Notes under the pieces: generated by a model | Database searches by the model: none | Told to the model about the DNA's origin: nothing | The model's input: the letters and a program-made list of their open reading frames with translations, nothing else | NCBI GenBank assembly: GCA_014879535.1 | Contig: JACSRX010000052.1 | Span: 58,334 to 122,333, forward strand | From: Chthoniobacterales bacterium | GTDB lineage: Bacteria > Verrucomicrobiota > Verrucomicrobiia > Chthoniobacterales > JACTMZ01 | Direction of reading: 5' to 3' | Length of the DNA: 64,000 bases | Translations under genes and position numbers: made by a program | Shown: positions 54,941 to 64,000 of the stretch, in pieces | How the letters are laid out: each line of letters begins with the position of its first letter | Position numbering within the stretch: the stretch's first letter is position 1

Positions 54941-56917
54941 CTACAGCCGCAAATCGAACGTCAGCAGTCCCGGGTTGGCCCGCTGGCAGGCGGCGCCTGC
55001 ACGGGGCGCAGGCACCTTAGCCGTGCATGGCGAGAATTTCCCGCTGCGGGCTGTCATCCGGAACCTGCGCGTGCGCGTGGGTCCTTCGAGTTCAAGCACC
55101 AGCGGCAACTGGACCGGCAGGCCCGGATGCAATGACGGATAAAGCGCCGACTTCCGGAAGCGCAATCCGGCCAGATGGACGCCGCTCTTCCATTCCCGGA
55201 GCGGAAGCGCGCGGCCGTTGATCCTCAACTTGTGCCGTCGCGCAAAATCGCGCCCGGCGACGAATTCGATCCGCTCCATCGAGGTGTCCACGAAGCGGCT
55301 CGTTGATCCGCCCTCGAGCGGCGTCTCGCACAGCAGCGGCCATGCCTCAAGCCCGCGCCGCACCGTCAATCCATCGCCGGTGTCCAACACCACCGGGAAC
55401 CGCCACTCCCAGATGCTCCGGAAGTTTTTGGCATCCGGTTTGAACCCGGACTCCCGAAGCTCCCCGAGCACGGCATCGAGATCATCCCACAGCACCGTCG
55501 GCAGGAAATAGCGGTCGTGCAGCGTGTCACCGAAATCCCTCAGGGCCGACCGGAACGGCCGCGCCAGGAGATGCGCCGCCAAGGCGCACCAGAGCAGGGC
55601 CACGGACGATGTCCACGAAACCTTGGGCAACGACTCGATCGCGCGGAATTCGATCAGTCCGCGCATGCCGCCCGGGAACCTCGTGTTCCAGAATTTGTCG
55701 AAGCTCATCTCCGCGCGGTGCGTGTTGCCGGAGGAATCGCTGTGCAGATGGATCAGCGTGTCCGTGATCATGCTCCGGTGGTCGCGTCCCGCAGGCAGTT
55801 CCTCCAGCCACGAACATGCCATCTCCAAGTCATGCAGGCTCTTGCCCGACTCGTCGGGCCTCGGCGCCTGCGAGGAAGCGCCGACGTAGCATCCCGTGAA
55901 AAGGTAGGCCAGTGAAGGATGGTGCTGCCAGAACCTCAGCATCGAGGCAATCCAGCCGGGCCGCGTGAAGAACGGATTGGTTTCCATCGTCTCCCCACCG
56001 AAGAGAAGGTGGTGTCCACCCCCCGTTCCCGCGGACTGCCCTTGGGCCCCGCGTTTCCATGTCCGCAGCCCCGCAGCCTTCTGGGCCTTGTCGAGAACGC
56101 GCAGCCATTTGTCATACGCCGCCACATCCGCACAGGGCGGAAGATTGATCTCCAGCACCCCCGGATCCGCGGCAACCACCACGCAACGCCACACCTCCGC
56201 CGTATCGTCGGGAACGTAGCCGCAGTAGGAGCAGCCCACCCCGGCCGGAACCGCGGCATCCACGGCTGCCAGCAGCCGGGACCAATGCTCCTGGATGAAG
56301 GGGGGCAGGAAAACCTCCAACCGTCCGTCACGGATCTGCACGGTGAAGGCCCGCCGCGCACCCTTCCCCCGCGCGGCATCCCATGGCAGGCGAAGACCTG
56401 CCGGACCTTCCGCGTGCAGCAACTTCGCGCTGCGCGGCCAGCGCAAGGCGGGGGAAATCCACCGGCGGCCGTCGTGGTCCAAGGGAACCACCCATGCATC
56501 CGATCCACCGCGCAACGGATCGGCGAGTTTCTGCACGCGGGGCGCCACTCCGAGGATTCCCGCGAGCTTTTTGAGAAACGCGGCAACATCCGCCACCTTG
56601 GCCGCGCGTCGCGCTCCGCGGGCGCGGGCCATCGGCCGGCCGTCGCGGCGGGCGACCACATGGAGGGCCCAGCGCGGATTCACCTCGCCCGGATACAGCT
56701 TCCCCGGGGAGAAAAAAATCGCACCGCCGTGCAGCGACTGCCCGATCAATGCCTCGGCCAGACGCCGGGCATATCCCAGTTTCGTCGGCCCCGTTGCGGC
56801 AACCGACCACTCCGCCCCCGATGGTTTGACGGGAACGCATGTCGGCTCAGCGCCGAGGGTGAGAACCACGCCGTGCGAGCGGAGGGATTTTCCGATGGCG
56901 GCGACGGTGCTTTTCAT
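54941..56917 (-). CDS. DUF2126-family putative amidoligase
   Basis: 658 aa. An ATGA overlap links it to the upstream transglutaminase-like gene. The assignment rests on length, neighbourhood and my recollection of the family, and no short diagnostic motif was checked. Confidence 0.6.
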   Translation of the reverse strand: MKSTVAAIGKSLRSHGVVLTLGAEPTCVPVKPSGAEWSVAATGPTKLGYARRLAEALIGQSLHGGAIFFSPGKLYPGEVNPRWALHVVARRDGRPMARARGARRAAKVADVAAFLKKLAGILGVAPRVQKLADPLRGGSDAWVVPLDHDGRRWISPALRWPRSAKLLHAEGPAGLRLPWDAARGKGARRAFTVQIRDGRLEVFLPPFIQEHWSRLLAAVDAAVPAGVGCSYCGYVPDDTAEVWRCVVVAADPGVLEINLPPCADVAAYDKWLRVLDKAQKAAGLRTWKRGAQGQSAGTGGGHHLLFGGETMETNPFFTRPGWIASMLRFWQHHPSLAYLFTGCYVGASSQAPRPDESGKSLHDLEMACSWLEELPAGRDHRSMITDTLIHLHSDSSGNTHRAEMSFDKFWNTRFPGGMRGLIEFRAIESLPKVSWTSSVALLWCALAAHLLARPFRSALRDFGDTLHDRYFLPTVLWDDLDAVLGELRESGFKPDAKNFRSIWEWRFPVVLDTGDGLTVRRGLEAWPLLCETPLEGGSTSRFVDTSMERIEFVAGRDFARRHKLRINGRALPLREWKSGVHLAGLRFRKSALYPSLHPGLPVQLPLVLELEGPTRTRRFRMTARSGKFSPCTAKVPAPRAGAACQRANPGLLTFDLRL

Positions 56918-57756
56918 GAACGTTCGATTTTCAAGGAAGTCGTCAGGCGCCCCGGAATGCTCCGGTCCCCGAAATACGTTCCCGCGACCGGGGCGATGTC
57001 CTCCGGGAGCAGGCCCACTGCGGCTGTGAGGTAATGGTGGTCGGCCAGCACGCCGTTCGAGGGGTCCATGGCCAGCCAGCCGGCCCCGGGAAGATACACC
57101 TCAGTCCATGCGTGAAGGGAGCTGTCCGCCTTGCGCTCCGCGGGATCCGTGGCGCTCTCCCACAGGTAGCCGCTGGCCAGTCGCGCCGCCATCCCGCATC
57201 CACGCAGGGCCGCCACGAGCAGGACGGCCGTGTCCCGGCAGGCGCCACGGCCCGCGCGCAAAGTTTCCGCGGGCGTGAACGCCTCGCCTTCCTCCCGACG
57301 TTCGTAGGCGATGTTCCCGTGGATCCATTCGTTCATCACCACCAGCGCCTCCACCGTGTCCCCCCCCTCGCCCGGAGACAATCCGTCCGGAAAATCCCCG
57401 TCGCGTCCGCCGAAAAACGGGCCAAGCAATTCCCGCTCCCTCGCGTCGTAGCGGACCGGGAGTTGCAGCGCGCGGGATTCGAGCAGGAAGCCGAAGGGGT
57501 TGCGCTCCGTCACGGAGACCTCCATCTCAAGGGCGAACACCAGCTTGTCCTCCTCCTGCGGATAGAAGCACCGGGCGACCAGATTGTCGAAAATGTCCCC
57601 GCGCCAATGGACGTCGGCGGAGGCGTTGGTCGAGAACCGGAAGTCCTCCATGCGCGCATGGAGCACGTCGCGCGGGAACAGCCGCACCACATGCGGCGAC
57701 AGGCTCACCGGCTCGTCGTAGGCGTATTCCGCCCGGTAGGAAACTGACAGTTTCAT
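56914..57756 (-). CDS. Transglutaminase-like cysteine-protease-fold protein (Bact_transglu_N + core)
   Basis: YRAEYAYDEP opens the N-domain. The core triad context is present: GRGACRDTAVLLVAALR (Cys), LHAWTEVYL (His) and MDPSNG (Asp). Confidence 0.85.
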   Translation of the reverse strand: MKLSVSYRAEYAYDEPVSLSPHVVRLFPRDVLHARMEDFRFSTNASADVHWRGDIFDNLVARCFYPQEEDKLVFALEMEVSVTERNPFGFLLESRALQLPVRYDARERELLGPFFGGRDGDFPDGLSPGEGGDTVEALVVMNEWIHGNIAYERREEGEAFTPAETLRAGRGACRDTAVLLVAALRGCGMAARLASGYLWESATDPAERKADSSLHAWTEVYLPGAGWLAMDPSNGVLADHHYLTAAVGLLPEDIAPVAGTYFGDRSIPGRLTTSLKIERS

Positions 57757-58622
57757 GCGTCCCCCTCCATGCGCTTCATTTTCACCTTCACCGACATCTT
57801 CTGGCCGCCGCTCCCCTTGAATGTCCCGCGCAGGGGCGTGGCGTCGGCAAAATCACGCCCGAATGACACCGCCACATGGCGCTCACCGCACCATTGGTTG
57901 TTCGTCGGATCGAGCGCCACCCACTCCATGCCCGGCACCATCACTTCCACCCACGCATGGGTGGCCACCGCCCCGACCAATTTGCGTCCGCCCCGCGGGG
58001 TGGCGGCCTCGATGTAGCCGCAGACATAGCGCGCCGGCAGCCCGGCCGTGCGAAGGACTGCGAGCATCACATGCGCGAAGTCCTGACAAACACCCGCCTT
58101 CTCCTTCCAAATCGTTGCGAGCGGCGTCCAGTTGTCGGTCGCTCCCTTCGTGTATCGGAACTCGCGATGGATCGCCGCATTGAGATCCTCCATCCCGGCC
58201 CGCAGCGTCGCATCGGAGCGCAAAAACCTCCGCGCCCACTTGGCCGCCTCGCCCCCGGTCGGCACGGCCGCCGAAACCCGCAGGTAATCGAACACCTCGG
58301 TCGAAACCGAAGAGAAGATCTGCCTCGCCTCCCCCACGGTCAGCGCAAGCGCCTCGTCCGGCAACACCGGCGGCGCCGTCTCCACCTTCAGCCGGTTCGT
58401 CACCACAAGCTGCTCGTGGCGCTTCACCATCGAATAGAAGACCGTCGGGTTGCCGAAATAATCCGTGTAGGATGACACCGGTGCCGCCGGATCGAAAACG
58501 ATCTCATGCCCGAGGATTTTCTGCGTGGGGCGCCCCGGCGGAGTCAACCGCGCCTCGACATACGCCTCGCTGGCCGGTTGTTCGTAGCGGTAGTCCGTCG
58601 TGTGCGTGATCTCGAAGCGCAT
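57753..58622 (-). CDS. Transglutaminase-like protein (Bact_transglu_N + core)
   Basis: MRFEITHTTDYRYEQP opens the protein. GVCQDFAHVMLAVLR (Cys), HAWVEV (His) and LDPTN (Asp) follow. Confidence 0.88.
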   Translation of the reverse strand: MRFEITHTTDYRYEQPASEAYVEARLTPPGRPTQKILGHEIVFDPAAPVSSYTDYFGNPTVFYSMVKRHEQLVVTNRLKVETAPPVLPDEALALTVGEARQIFSSVSTEVFDYLRVSAAVPTGGEAAKWARRFLRSDATLRAGMEDLNAAIHREFRYTKGATDNWTPLATIWKEKAGVCQDFAHVMLAVLRTAGLPARYVCGYIEAATPRGGRKLVGAVATHAWVEVMVPGMEWVALDPTNNQWCGERHVAVSFGRDFADATPLRGTFKGSGGQKMSVKVKMKRMEGDA

Positions 58623-58626
58623 GGCC

Positions 58627-61179
58627 TTAATCGAGCAGAATCTGGTGGTTGATGAATCCGTCGGTGATGACGTCGTGGACGGCGTGGGTGCGGTTCATGA
58701 TGCCATCAAGCACCTGCACAAGGATCTCCATGCGCTCCGGATCGAGCTGCACGCCACCGCCGGCCTCTGCCGGGGCGGAGACCGTCTGCTTGAGAAACGA
58801 ACCCCAGTCGGCATCGGAGATCAGCTCCAAGACACCGTCCAGCGCCTCGCGCGTCCTCACGAGGCCGGGTGAGTCGTCATCCTCCCCTCCGAGGAGGCGC
58901 GCGCATTCCCCAAGGCATCGCCGGACAGACCGCGGCATGTCCCCGTGGTCGTAGAGCAAACGCAGCACCGGCACGGGCTCGGCGCGCATCTGGTAAACGC
59001 GGCGGTAAACGTCGCGCGAGCCGAGCATGCGCAGGAAGGCGGAAAGCTCGATCTCGATCGCATGGTCCGGAATCTCGGGGGATTTATCGAGGCGTCTGGC
59101 GATGGACTTGAAGATGGTGCTCCCCGCATTGCAGGTGATCGAAGCCCGCTCAAATTGCTGGCCGAGCCGGCAGAAATTCCATCCAAGGTCGGCCAGCATC
59201 GTCGCCTCCGCCATGCCGAAGAACTCCGCGATCCCCGCGGTCGCCTCCCCGCACATCCGCTGGGTCGCCAGCGCGAGGGAGGCCTCGTCCTGGCGCGGCC
59301 TGAACCGCGCCCGCGCGAACCTCGACTCGAGGTTGTTGATGACGCCGAACGCCTCGACGCTCAGGCATTCCATGATCTGGCCGGCATTCCACGCCGCGCG
59401 GCGCAGCGTGCTCAGCACCGACCCCTCCTCTCGGCCGTCCAGCACGAGCTGGTAGCGCCCCACCGGCGTCGTGATCGTCCGCCGGCGCCCGGTTTCCGCC
59501 TGTTCCAACGGCGGCAGCATGCGGTTCCAGACCGGACGGTAAAGCTGCTGCTCGGCGCGGTTGAGTTCCTCCGTCTCCAGGCTTTCCACCACGCCGATCA
59601 TGTAGGCGAGACTCTGCGCACGTTCGAGATAGCGCCCGAGCCAGTAGAACGCATCGGCCACACGACTCGTCACCGGCGCCTCCGGGGCGTGGGACTCGGC
59701 GGGACGCGCCGTCACCATCGCCCGGGGCCCGACCTCGTCGTCGGTCGCCAGAACCCATGTGTCCTTGCTCCCGCCCCCCAACTCGGAGGCCGTGAAGATG
59801 CTGTCGTCCTGCGACACGCGGGTGAGCGCGCCGGGAAACACCTCGTAGTCCCCATCATGACACCGGAGCGCAAAGACGATGTGGTCCTGCCTCCGCTCAT
59901 CCATGGCCCCGTTGCGGTCGAGGCAAACCGTCGTTGCACCGGCCAATCTCGGTTGCGCCACATAGCCCCGCGGTTCCTCGAGCAGCGCCTGGCGCAACGC
60001 CGCGATGCCTTCCTCCGGGTTTCCCTCGTGGTGAGCGATCTTCTCGCCGTAAAGCGGGCGGACATCGAAGTCGTCGAGACGGTCGAGCACATGGTCCCGC
60101 TGGTCGAGATCGCCGAGCCACCATGTCCGCAGGGTCGGCAGCAACTCGGCCTCGCCGAGGTAAAAATTGATGATCTGCGAGCTGAAAGGCAGCAAGGCAC
60201 GGTCATCGGCCAACTGGCTGCCCATGGCATTGGCCACCGCCACGGTCCCCTGCCGCACGCACTGCGCAAGGCCGGACACCCCGAGCAGCGAGTCGCGCCG
60301 GAACACCATCGAGTCGAGCCACGCATCGGCCACGCGCGTGTAGAGAACATCGATCCGCTCGAGGCCCGACACCGTCTTCAGGTAAAGACGGTCGTCGAGC
60401 ACGAGAAGATCGCCGCCCTGCACGAGGGGGACACCCATGCGGCGTGCAAGGAAGCTGTGCTCGGAATACGCCGGACTTCCGGCCCCGGGGGTCAGCAGCG
60501 CCACGGTCGGTTCGTCCGACCCGCGGGGCGCGAGGCCGCGGAAGGTCTCAAGGATCGAGACGGGCGCGTCGGCGATGCTCTGCGCGTTGTGGTCGTCGAA
60601 CACCTCGGCGAACACCCGCGAGAGCGCCCGCCGGTTCTGCATCATGTAGGAGATGCCCGAGGCGTTGCTGAAGTAGTGGTGCGAGACAGCCATGCGCCCG
60701 TCCGGCATCCGTGTGAGGGCCGCCCCGGCGAGGTGCAGGAAGGCGCCGCCCGGACGCGGAAGACCCACCGCCGGACGCTGAAAATACGGGCTTCCCAGCA
60801 CCGGCTGGGCCGGAATGACATGCTGGCGCAGGATTTCCTGCGGTCCGTGGATGTCCTGCAGGAACATCTCGAACGCACGCAGGCGCTGGCGCAGCCCTGC
60901 GGCCAGCAGGGACCACTCCCCGCCGCCGAACAACTCCGGCAGCACGTCGCAGAACCACGGACGCTGACCCCAGGGACGGCTGCGCTTGATGTCGAAGGTC
61001 ACCCCCATCTCGCGCATCGTGGCCTCCAGCCTCTCGATGATCAGCTTGATCTCCCTCCGGGGCATGGACAGGACGCGGTCGAGCAGCGGGCGGTAAAGCT
61101 CCCTCGGCATGCCGTCGGGACCGAAGACCTCGTCCCAGAGCGTGGTCGCTCCATCCTTCCCTGGAAGTTTTTGTTCCAC
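58627..61179 (-). CDS. Circularly permuted type-2 ATP-grasp protein fused to alpha-E domain
   Basis: The N-terminal ~480 aa are COG2308-like (…YSEHSFLARRMGVPLVQGGDL…VLYTRV…GVSGL…VANAMGS…). The C-terminal part is alpha-E/COG2307-like (ADAFYWLGRYLERA). The GTG start at 61179 was chosen because the ATG at 61293 overlaps the upstream PHP gene. Confidence 0.82.
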   Translation of the reverse strand: MEQKLPGKDGATTLWDEVFGPDGMPRELYRPLLDRVLSMPRREIKLIIERLEATMREMGVTFDIKRSRPWGQRPWFCDVLPELFGGGEWSLLAAGLRQRLRAFEMFLQDIHGPQEILRQHVIPAQPVLGSPYFQRPAVGLPRPGGAFLHLAGAALTRMPDGRMAVSHHYFSNASGISYMMQNRRALSRVFAEVFDDHNAQSIADAPVSILETFRGLAPRGSDEPTVALLTPGAGSPAYSEHSFLARRMGVPLVQGGDLLVLDDRLYLKTVSGLERIDVLYTRVADAWLDSMVFRRDSLLGVSGLAQCVRQGTVAVANAMGSQLADDRALLPFSSQIINFYLGEAELLPTLRTWWLGDLDQRDHVLDRLDDFDVRPLYGEKIAHHEGNPEEGIAALRQALLEEPRGYVAQPRLAGATTVCLDRNGAMDERRQDHIVFALRCHDGDYEVFPGALTRVSQDDSIFTASELGGGSKDTWVLATDDEVGPRAMVTARPAESHAPEAPVTSRVADAFYWLGRYLERAQSLAYMIGVVESLETEELNRAEQQLYRPVWNRMLPPLEQAETGRRRTITTPVGRYQLVLDGREEGSVLSTLRRAAWNAGQIMECLSVEAFGVINNLESRFARARFRPRQDEASLALATQRMCGEATAGIAEFFGMAEATMLADLGWNFCRLGQQFERASITCNAGSTIFKSIARRLDKSPEIPDHAIEIELSAFLRMLGSRDVYRRVYQMRAEPVPVLRLLYDHGDMPRSVRRCLGECARLLGGEDDDSPGLVRTREALDGVLELISDADWGSFLKQTVSAPAEAGGGVQLDPERMEILVQVLDGIMNRTHAVHDVITDGFINHQILLD

Positions 61180-61229
61180 CGGGCAGACCGTTCCCGCCCC
61201 GATGGGCACGGTCAAGAAGATACAGGGGA

Positions 61230-61943
61230 TCAGGCCTTGGACGACACCCGCGCACCGCGGGGACGACTTCGCAGGCGGAACCAATTGTTCCAAGTCTTGC
61301 GGATCGTCTGCCGCGTGCTGAGATATTGCTGCTCGAGTTCGGTGCCGTTCTTCATGGCGGCCAGGATGCCCTTCACCGAAAAATCGTCCGTGTTCACGAT
61401 CGTGCAGGCGACCCCGACCGCGCCCGCATGGTGGGCGTCGCTCCCGGCCGTCATGGGCAACCCGCGCCTCCCCGCATACTCGTAGGCTTTGCGGTTGTGC
61501 CTCTTGAGCGTGGTGGCGGCATTGAAGACCTCGAGCCCGTCCAAGGGCAGCGTGTCGAGCACACTCTCGCGGATCCCGGCCCGGAACAGGTCGTAGGGAT
61601 GTGGCGCCACACAGATGCCCCCGGCCTCGTGTGCCAGGCGGCAGACCTCGAGGGCGGGGCGTCCCTTGAGTGACGGCGGCAATTTGCAGCCGAGGCAGAG
61701 CAGGTGCCCGTCGGCCGTGGTCACCTCGACGCCGGGAATGATGAGAAAACCGTCAACCGGCAGACCATCCGCCCGCATCATGCCCCGTTCGATCATGTAG
61801 TCCACCGCCTCGCAGGTGTTGTGGTCGGTGACGGCGAAGCCGTTGAGCCCGGCGGCGCGGGCGGCCGCGATGATGTCCTCGGGGCTGCTCACGCCATCCA
61901 TGGAAAAGAACGTATGGACGTGGAAATCGAGCCGGAGGGACAT
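61230..61943 (-). CDS. PHP-domain metal-dependent phosphoesterase
   Basis: The motifs [26 protein letters not shown] and GSDAHH are present. Confidence 0.85.
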   Translation of the reverse strand: MSLRLDFHVHTFFSMDGVSSPEDIIAAARAAGLNGFAVTDHNTCEAVDYMIERGMMRADGLPVDGFLIIPGVEVTTADGHLLCLGCKLPPSLKGRPALEVCRLAHEAGGICVAPHPYDLFRAGIRESVLDTLPLDGLEVFNAATTLKRHNRKAYEYAGRRGLPMTAGSDAHHAGAVGVACTIVNTDDFSVKGILAAMKNGTELEQQYLSTRQTIRKTWNNWFRLRSRPRGARVSSKA

Positions 61944-62041
61944 GAGGGGAAGTTTCCCGCGGACGGCTCGGTGTTGCCAAGTGGAAACGCGCCAGCTTTC
62001 GCCCTTGCCCGCATGCGGCGCCTGTTGTGCAATCGCCCGGG

Positions 62042-62797
62042 ATGAACGTTCTCGGCATCGACATCGGCGGCTCGGGCATCAAGGGGGCTCCTGTGGACAC
62101 CGGCAGCGGCACACTCGCCGCCGAGCGCCTCCGCATCCCCACACCGACGCCCTCGACCCCCGATGCCGTCGCGGAGGTGGCACGCAACATCATCGAAAAT
62201 TTCAGCAGCACCCCGGGCCCCGTCGGCATCACCTTCCCCGGCGTGGTCAAGTCCGGCCGGGTGCTCACCGCCGCGAACATGGACCCGATCTGGGCGGGGT
62301 TCGAGGCGGCGACATTCTTCTCCGCCAAACTCGGGCGCCCGGCCATCGTGCTCAACGACGCCGATGCGGCCGGTCTGGCCGAGATGCGCTTCGGCGCGGG
62401 CCGGGGCATCCGGGGCGTCGTCATTCTCATCACCCTCGGCACCGGCATCGGAAGCGCCCTTTTCTGCGAGGGACGGCTTGTTCCGAACACCGAACTCGGC
62501 CACATGGAAATCCGCGGCAAGGACGCCGAGGCGCGCGCCTCCGAGCGCGTCCGCGAGGAAAAGGACCTCGGCTGGCCCGAGTGGGGCGAGCGCGTCGGCG
62601 AGGTCGTCGCGAAGATCGCCTTCCTCTTCAACCCCGACCTTTTCATCATCGGGGGCGGCGTCAGCCGGAAGGCGGAAAAATTCCTCCCCGTCGTCCAAGG
62701 CATGGTCAAAGTCCCCGTCGTCCCGGCCCAGCTCCAGAACCAGGCCGGCCTGGTCGGCGCGGCCCTCGTGGCCGGGGAAAGCGCCTCCCCCGCGTGA
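62042..62797 (+). CDS. ppgK: Polyphosphate/ATP glucokinase (ROK family)
   Basis: By eye it is collinear with actinobacterial PpgK: [44 protein letters not shown] and [11 protein letters not shown]. An alternative start lies at 62027. Confidence 0.85.
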   Translation: MNVLGIDIGGSGIKGAPVDTGSGTLAAERLRIPTPTPSTPDAVAEVARNIIENFSSTPGPVGITFPGVVKSGRVLTAANMDPIWAGFEAATFFSAKLGRPAIVLNDADAAGLAEMRFGAGRGIRGVVILITLGTGIGSALFCEGRLVPNTELGHMEIRGKDAEARASERVREEKDLGWPEWGERVGEVVAKIAFLFNPDLFIIGGGVSRKAEKFLPVVQGMVKVPVVPAQLQNQAGLVGAALVAGESASPA

Positions 62798-63879
62798 GCA
62801 CGGAAGAAATCATCGAAGTCCCGGTCTCCATCCCCGGGTCTGTCTGCCGCATCCTGACCGGCCCCGCGTTGCTTGCCTCGACCGGGGCCCTGTGTGCCGC
62901 CGCCGGACTGCGCGGCGCCTGCGCCATCATCACCGACGAGAATGTCGGGCGGCTGCATGGCTCCGCCGTGCAGGCATCCCTCAAGGAGGCCGGCCATGCC
63001 GTGCAGGTTCTTGCCGTGCCGCCCGGCGAGCAATCGAAACGCCTCGGCACCGTGGAAGACCTCTGCGACCGCATGATTTCCGGGGGATTCGACCGCAAGT
63101 CGTTCGTCGTCGCCCTCGGAGGGGGCGTGGTCGGCGACATCGCCGGTTTCGTCGCCGCGATCTACTACCGCGGCATCCCGTTCGTGCAGATCCCGACCAC
63201 CATCGTCGCGCAGGTGGACAGCGCGACCGGAGGAAAAACCGGGGTCAACGCCAAGGCGGGCAAGAACCTCATCGGCGCCTTCCACCAGCCGCGCCTCGTC
63301 CTGGCCGACACCAACACCCTCTCCACCTTGCCGGATCGCGAATACCGCGAGGGGTTCGCGGAGGTCATCAAACACGCCGTGATACGCGACGCCGCCATGC
63401 TCGACGCCCTCGATCCCGCAGCCCCGCGCTCCTCCCTCGCCCCGCTCATCGCACGCAACATCGCCATCAAGGCCGCCATCGTGGAAGAAGACGAACTTGA
63501 GGAAACCGGCGTCCGCGCCCTGCTCAATTTCGGCCACACGGTCGGCCATGCGATCGAGAATGTGGCCGGCTACGGACGCTACCTCCACGGGGAGGCCATC
63601 AGCCTCGGCCTGGCTTCCGCACTGGAAATTTCGCGGCGCAAGCACGGGCTGTCCGCGGACGCGTCCCGTCGGGTGCTCGACAAACTGGCAGCCTACGACC
63701 TTCCCTTGCTGCTTCCGGACGACCTGACAACGGATGACCTCCTCGCCGCCGCAAAACGGGACAAGAAGTTCCTGAACGGGAAAATCCATTTTGTGGTGAG
63801 CCCCCGTCTCGGAGAGGCGTTCGTCGCGAAGGATATCACGGAGGGCGATCTTCGCACGGCCATCGAATCCCTCCGCTGA
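62794..63879 (+). CDS. aroB: 3-dehydroquinate synthase
   Basis: The GTG start overlaps the ppgK stop (GTGA). The motifs [25 protein letters not shown] and [11 protein letters not shown] are present. The upstream part of the 687-aa track ORF is shadow sequence. Confidence 0.9.
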   Translation: MSTEEIIEVPVSIPGSVCRILTGPALLASTGALCAAAGLRGACAIITDENVGRLHGSAVQASLKEAGHAVQVLAVPPGEQSKRLGTVEDLCDRMISGGFDRKSFVVALGGGVVGDIAGFVAAIYYRGIPFVQIPTTIVAQVDSATGGKTGVNAKAGKNLIGAFHQPRLVLADTNTLSTLPDREYREGFAEVIKHAVIRDAAMLDALDPAAPRSSLAPLIARNIAIKAAIVEEDELEETGVRALLNFGHTVGHAIENVAGYGRYLHGEAISLGLASALEISRRKHGLSADASRRVLDKLAAYDLPLLLPDDLTTDDLLAAAKRDKKFLNGKIHFVVSPRLGEAFVAKDITEGDLRTAIESLR

Positions 63880-63908
63880 ACACTGAACCGCTGAAAACTG
63901 ACAGCTTG

Positions 63909-64000
63909 GTGGTGCGCGAAGCGCACCACCTCTACATCCACATCCCGTTCTGCCTCCAGATCTGCCCGTATTGCAGCTTCTACAAGGACATTGCCGGCCC
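63909..64000 (+). CDS. Radical-SAM HemW/HemN-like protein, 5' end only (start uncertain; runs off the window)
   Basis: The translation …[25 protein letters not shown] contains the CxxxCxxC radical-SAM cluster motif in its typical N-terminal context. Confidence 0.7.
   Translation, partial: MVREAHHLYIHIPFCLQICPYCSFYKDIAG

Noticed and set aside
58945-61485. 846-aa plus-strand ORF
   Set aside because: It is antisense to the ATP-grasp/alpha-E gene. It is R/H/G/P-rich with no motif.
61753-63789. 678-aa minus-strand ORF, and the 687-aa plus-strand ORF at 61816-63879
   Set aside because: The minus-strand ORF is antisense to ppgK and aroB. The plus-strand ORF is real only from the GTG at 62794 (aroB). 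Its upstream part overlaps ppgK out of frame and the PHP gene in antisense.

Overview
The window is 64 kb of a high-GC diderm bacterial chromosome. RND efflux, TatA, lipoboxes and many signal peptides point to a diderm. The phylum cannot be fixed from sequence alone. I call about 70 protein genes, two intact tRNAs (Leu-UAG, Gly-UCC) and one tRNA 3' fragment. There are no rRNA genes and no CRISPR array. Many listed ORFs over 100 aa are antisense shadow ORFs, typical of GC-rich DNA, and were discarded. Layout: (1) 1-8.8 kb holds the integrase-proximal part of an integrated phage-like or satellite-like element. It has 15 co-directional minus-strand genes chained by ATGA/GTGA overlaps and ends at a tRNA-Pro-like 3' half that is a probable att core. 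The element runs off the left edge of the window. (2) 8.9-43.8 kb is core chromosome. It carries an acyl-CoA synthetase, an RND pump with a 4-EF-hand lipoprotein, trmD, a GH13 amylase, a GT4 plus metallophosphoesterase pair, an exported rubrerythrin with DUF2231 and a two-component system, nadE-plsY-gpsA with a K+ channel, tatA, an EEP nuclease with a Cys-less redoxin, a PHP-GT4 fusion, LemA with an M48 peptidase, cysNDC and a short amn. (3) 43.84-49.27 kb is a roughly 5.4-kb low-GC accessory island with no mobility gene. It encodes a signal-peptide MTA/SAH-nucleosidase-like protein, a tiny Tat-signal protein, a strong hairpin abutting the next start codon, and a translationally coupled triad, followed by DinJ-YafQ. 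The triad is a 726-aa TPR-like protein, an exported HExxH DUF922/COG5661-like protein and an exported unknown. I consider this triad, with the island around it, the best candidate for an undescribed system. (4) 49.9-54.9 kb carries ftsY-nusB-ribH-ribBA and cysI. (5) 54.9-61.9 kb is a five-gene operon of PHP, circularly permuted ATP-grasp fused to alpha-E, two transglutaminase-like genes and a DUF2126 amidoligase. This is a conserved but biochemically uncharacterised peptide-ligase/modification neighbourhood. (6) The window ends with ppgK, aroB and the start of a hemW/hemN-like gene. In addition, a structured repeat of about 62 nt occurs twice (39972-40033 and 49890-49951), each time between convergent genes, and the two copies differ by one compensatory base-pair change. 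All product calls rest on motifs read by eye. No database search was run.
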